From Iphione sp. A-MEVVRFRX5 (lineage: Eukaryota), in contig OZ320315.1 of the NCBI GenBank assembly GCA_976226885.1, forward strand, positions 36,766,001 through 36,830,000: a stretch of DNA of 64,000 bases. The letters run 5' to 3'. Positions 60,901-64,000 of this stretch are shown in pieces. The stretch's first letter is position 1; each line of letters begins with the position of its first letter. A program made the position numbers and the translations under genes. The notes beneath the pieces were generated by a model. It was not told the origin of the DNA and ran no database searches. It saw only the letters and a list, made by a program, of their open reading frames with translations.

Positions 60901-61195
60901 ACAGGCTATAAATAGCACATCCAGAGTTCATCAAGTACAGCACAGTGCATAAACCTTGGCGGCACCACTAATCCTGTGGCCCCAGAGGCACACTCCTATA
61001 CTAAACGGTTGGTGGTACCACCAATGATCCTTACCTACCAGCTATAAATAGCATGCATGTCCTACTAACAGGCTATAAATAGCACACTCAAGGTTCATCA
61101 AGTGCACTACAGCACATTATCCTTGGCGGCACCGCCAATCCTGTGGCCCAAGAGGCACACTCCTATATTAAAAGGTTGGCGGCACCGGCGATGAT
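60901..61195. repeat. Direct repeat, ~165-bp unit x2, each copy starting with GCTATAAATAGC
   Basis: acaggctataaatagcac...catcaagt...ccttggcggcacc...aatcctgtggccc...agaggcacactcctata at ~60901 and ~61069; a third TATA copy at ~61042. Confidence 0.8.
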
Positions 61196-61688
61196 CGCAA
61201 CACTGGGGGAAGACTCAGCAGTGCTACCCCTCCCTACCCTACAGTACTGTTAGTTTTTTTAGCATTGCAAACATATTGTTGCGGGGTTGGTTGTTTCAGC
61301 GGACTTACTGTTGTCGTTGTGTGATTTCGGCGGAGGTGCGGAGGCATGGAGGACCGCGGAGGGGCGGAGGGATTGTCTATTGTCTATATAAGAGGGGGTT
61401 TCGCGGAGGGAAGTTTAGTTGTTGCCTGTACGTTGTTTGCTCATGTTACTCCTCAGCGATAAAAACACAAGTTAAATTTGGATTTCGTCTGGACCTTTAT
61501 TATTCCGCTATGGCCGAAGCTAACAATATATATAATATAGTATACTGTAGAATAATGGCATTGTCCTGGCAATGCTTGCAGCCAGCACTATATTGTTTTT
61601 TCTATAGCAGACTAACATAAAGATAATAAAATACATCATTCATATTGGAATAAATTAGAGCTTCCTACTGTCTCAGTATGACTACAGT

Positions 61689-62440
61689 TTGCCCTTCCTG
61701 GTAAATCACAATAAACGTACCTTAGATGACCTCCAAATCTGCTGTAACAGGGTAATGAGGATAATGACAATCAGTAGGAAATTCTCTTATACATCAAATG
61801 CATCACTTAGAAGGAGAATGAATGTGCAGTCACTAGAAGTCAGAGGCAATAGACACTTGCTTTGCCTAATACATCGTCTCTATATTCTAGGCATTTTGAA
61901 AGAGAAGCAGAGAACGCATGGAATCGACACTGGCTCAAGCCTAGGTGTAACACTCTCAAGTCTACGACCTAGAACTACCACGTATAAGACATCGTTTATC
62001 TACACTGGTATAAAGCTGTGGAATCAGCAACCAATGTCATTGAAAATGTGCGATGACATGAAGGTGTTTCGACGACGACTGATGCAACATGAGAAGACCC
62101 AAATTCAAACCCATCCCTAATCATTTTAGACAGTTGTAACAGTCACTAGCAATATCAAACATGACCCCGTTAGTGCATGAACAGTCATACTATAACTTCC
62201 ATTATTAAGAACATTGCGTCTAATGAACAGAATAGACAACTTGTACATACCATACAAAATAAAACAAAGAGAGCTAGTACCAAGTGATGGAATCCAGATT
62301 GTAACATAGTCAACATGTGCGTAGTGAATTGAATCCAGCAGATTGTATATGAGTTGCCAAGGTTCGCTGGAAGACCTTCTTGAACTTGTTCATTCCAAGA
62401 AGTGAATAAAGTGGTTTTGAATTTGAATTTGAATTTGAAT
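61689..62440 (+). mobile_element. 5'-truncated non-LTR retrotransposon (CR1/L2-group) 3' end
   Basis: ORF2 C-terminus LQICCNRVMRIM...SLEVRGNRHLLCLIHR...SFIYTGIKLWN...FRRRL, followed by AATAAA and a (TTTGAA)n tail at ~62405-62440. Confidence 0.82.
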
Positions 62441-62670
62441 TAATACTGATATATTTTGCCAGTTATTTTCATATTAACTGCTTACTGGAGAATGCATGTT
62501 TCAAACGGTTCACCCGCTATTCTTGTCTATATAATCATATAATTATCTATATGTATATTAGATTTGGAATATAAAACATGCCATTTACTAAACAGTGGCA
62601 TACTGTAATTACACATTGCAGCATAAGTTCACAGTAATACAATAAAATCACATTAAAGCTGTAAAAAATG

Positions 62671-63462
62671 TGCATTGCAGTAGGCCTACTATTTTTGCCA
62701 GATGTCTTAGAGTATGGATTCATGATAGACATTTGAAGTTTCGTAACAAAGCAAAGAGTAGTGCTAGTTTCATTATGATAGCAAAGCAAATACGAATCAA
62801 AATAGATGAAAACCAATATACATGTACATGTCTTTAAAAATGAAAGAGGAATATAGAGATCATAGCCAGAGATTGAGAAAAAAACTTTTTTGGTAGATTT
62901 ATATTTATACTGGATGGTTTTATACATACCTATAATTTTGTCCATTTTGAAGTGAGTAGCAATATTTTATCGGTGATATATACAGTGAAAATAGGGTGGG
63001 AGAGGATGTTGTGTGAGTAATCAGTGAAGAATTAAAATTAGCGTCAGCACCTTTGAATGTCGATATCAATGGAGTGTTAGTTGCAATGATAGCCATGGTT
63101 ATGAACATAGTTGCACAGTATATCCTAAGATCACACACTTTGAAGAAAAAATTAGGTGATTTGCGAGGTCCATAACGTGCATACATATGCTATGCTGTGG
63201 CTATCACAGTAATATCATAAAATCTCATTTTAAAAAGTTCAAAATGCGCATTGCAGTATTGTTTTTGTACATGTCAAGTGTCTTAGAGTTGGATTCATGA
63301 CAGACGTTCGAAGTTTCATAACAAAGCAAAGCAGAGTGCTAGTTTTCATTACGATAGTAAGGCAAATGAGAATCAAAATGAGATGAAAAGCAAAAGACTT
63401 GCCTTTAAAGACAAGAGAGGAATATAGAGATCATAGGCGAAGGTTGAAAAGAAGCCTTTTTT
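62671..63462. repeat. Two diverged ~215-bp direct repeats (62671-62890 and 63248-63462)
   Basis: Shared gcattgcagta...gtcttagagt...ggattcatga...aagtttc...aacaaagcaaag...gaggaatatagagatcata. Confidence 0.75.
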
Positions 63463-63639
63463 AACAGAAATGGACGGGGAGGGCCTCAGGGACGAACCAT
63501 GCATGCATCCACATAAACACATGCACAAGAAGGCGAAGAGACAGAGACAAAGGGAGCTCGAGAGACGCTCATGTTGATATATAGTTATAGGTCGACACAC
63601 CTGCAAACCTATAAAACCTACAATATAAGACTGTGCGGG

Positions 63640-64000
63640 CTCTGAAGAAGCATGATCGGCTCTCCTCCTCCTCCAGGGTCGTCGTCGTCGTCGTCGGAGC
63701 GCCTCGTCCTGAGAAGCGCACCGACGCTGAGCAAACAAGCGGTCGCCTTCCGGTAGGACCGACACCCAGCCGACCCATGTAAACAGGATGTGACTTAATG
63801 TAGGGCCGCCTTTTGTACACGAATGTTGACTCAGGAACAGGTAGAGGCAAACATTATCGACGGGCAAGCGGGGGCGCGCAATCGCCCGTTAGACAGGGCA
63901 TGCAGCAGCCCGAAAACGTTCCCCTCCCCCCCCCCCCCCACCTCCGGTTTGGTTTTTCCATTAGCGGCTATTTTTTCGGGAGTGCGACTGACGGTGTTTT
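63640..64000. promoter_or_regulatory. CpG/GC-rich, promoter- or first-exon-like segment at the window edge
   Basis: Local CpG enrichment, an ETS-like ttccgg, GC-box-like runs, and (GTC)n and (CTC)n microsatellites; no gene model could be built. Confidence 0.35.

Noticed and set aside
63373-63867. 164-aa and 93-aa minus-strand ORFs at the window end
   Set aside because: They run through a dispersed repeat and trinucleotide microsatellites in GC-rich DNA; no consistent exon model.

Overview
AT-rich metazoan genomic DNA, probably from a marine invertebrate, with spliceosomal introns and four short N gaps. Host-type genes: the 3' part of ACTR10/Arp11 (7 exons, 119-3587, +), an intronless 530-aa N-myristoylation-motif disordered protein (4412-6004, -) and a 2-exon tail-anchored membrane protein (55615-56788, -). 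The rest is dominated by nested transposable elements. The most striking structure is a ~22-kb ISL2EU-like (PIF/Harbinger-related) locus at ~6.9-28.7 kb. An intact 4-exon SWIM-zinc-finger/YqaJ (lambda-exonuclease-like) gene on + and a multi-exon THAP-HTH-DDE transposase gene on - are mutually interleaved: each gene's terminal catalytic exon lies inside an intron of the other. Two further spliced orphan genes sit in the transposase's predicted 11.4-kb last intron. Also present: a spliced, decayed Crypton tyrosine recombinase; DUF6589-type (Academ-like) transposase fragments; a nested Ty3/Gypsy LTR complex with a tRNA-Leu PBS; a Penelope GIY-YIG fragment; a Tigger/pogo relic; a LINE 3' end; several MITEs; two long minisatellites; and an 82-nt near-perfect hairpin. 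All gene models were assembled by eye from splice sites and reading phase, and all family calls rest on recalled motifs; no database search was run.
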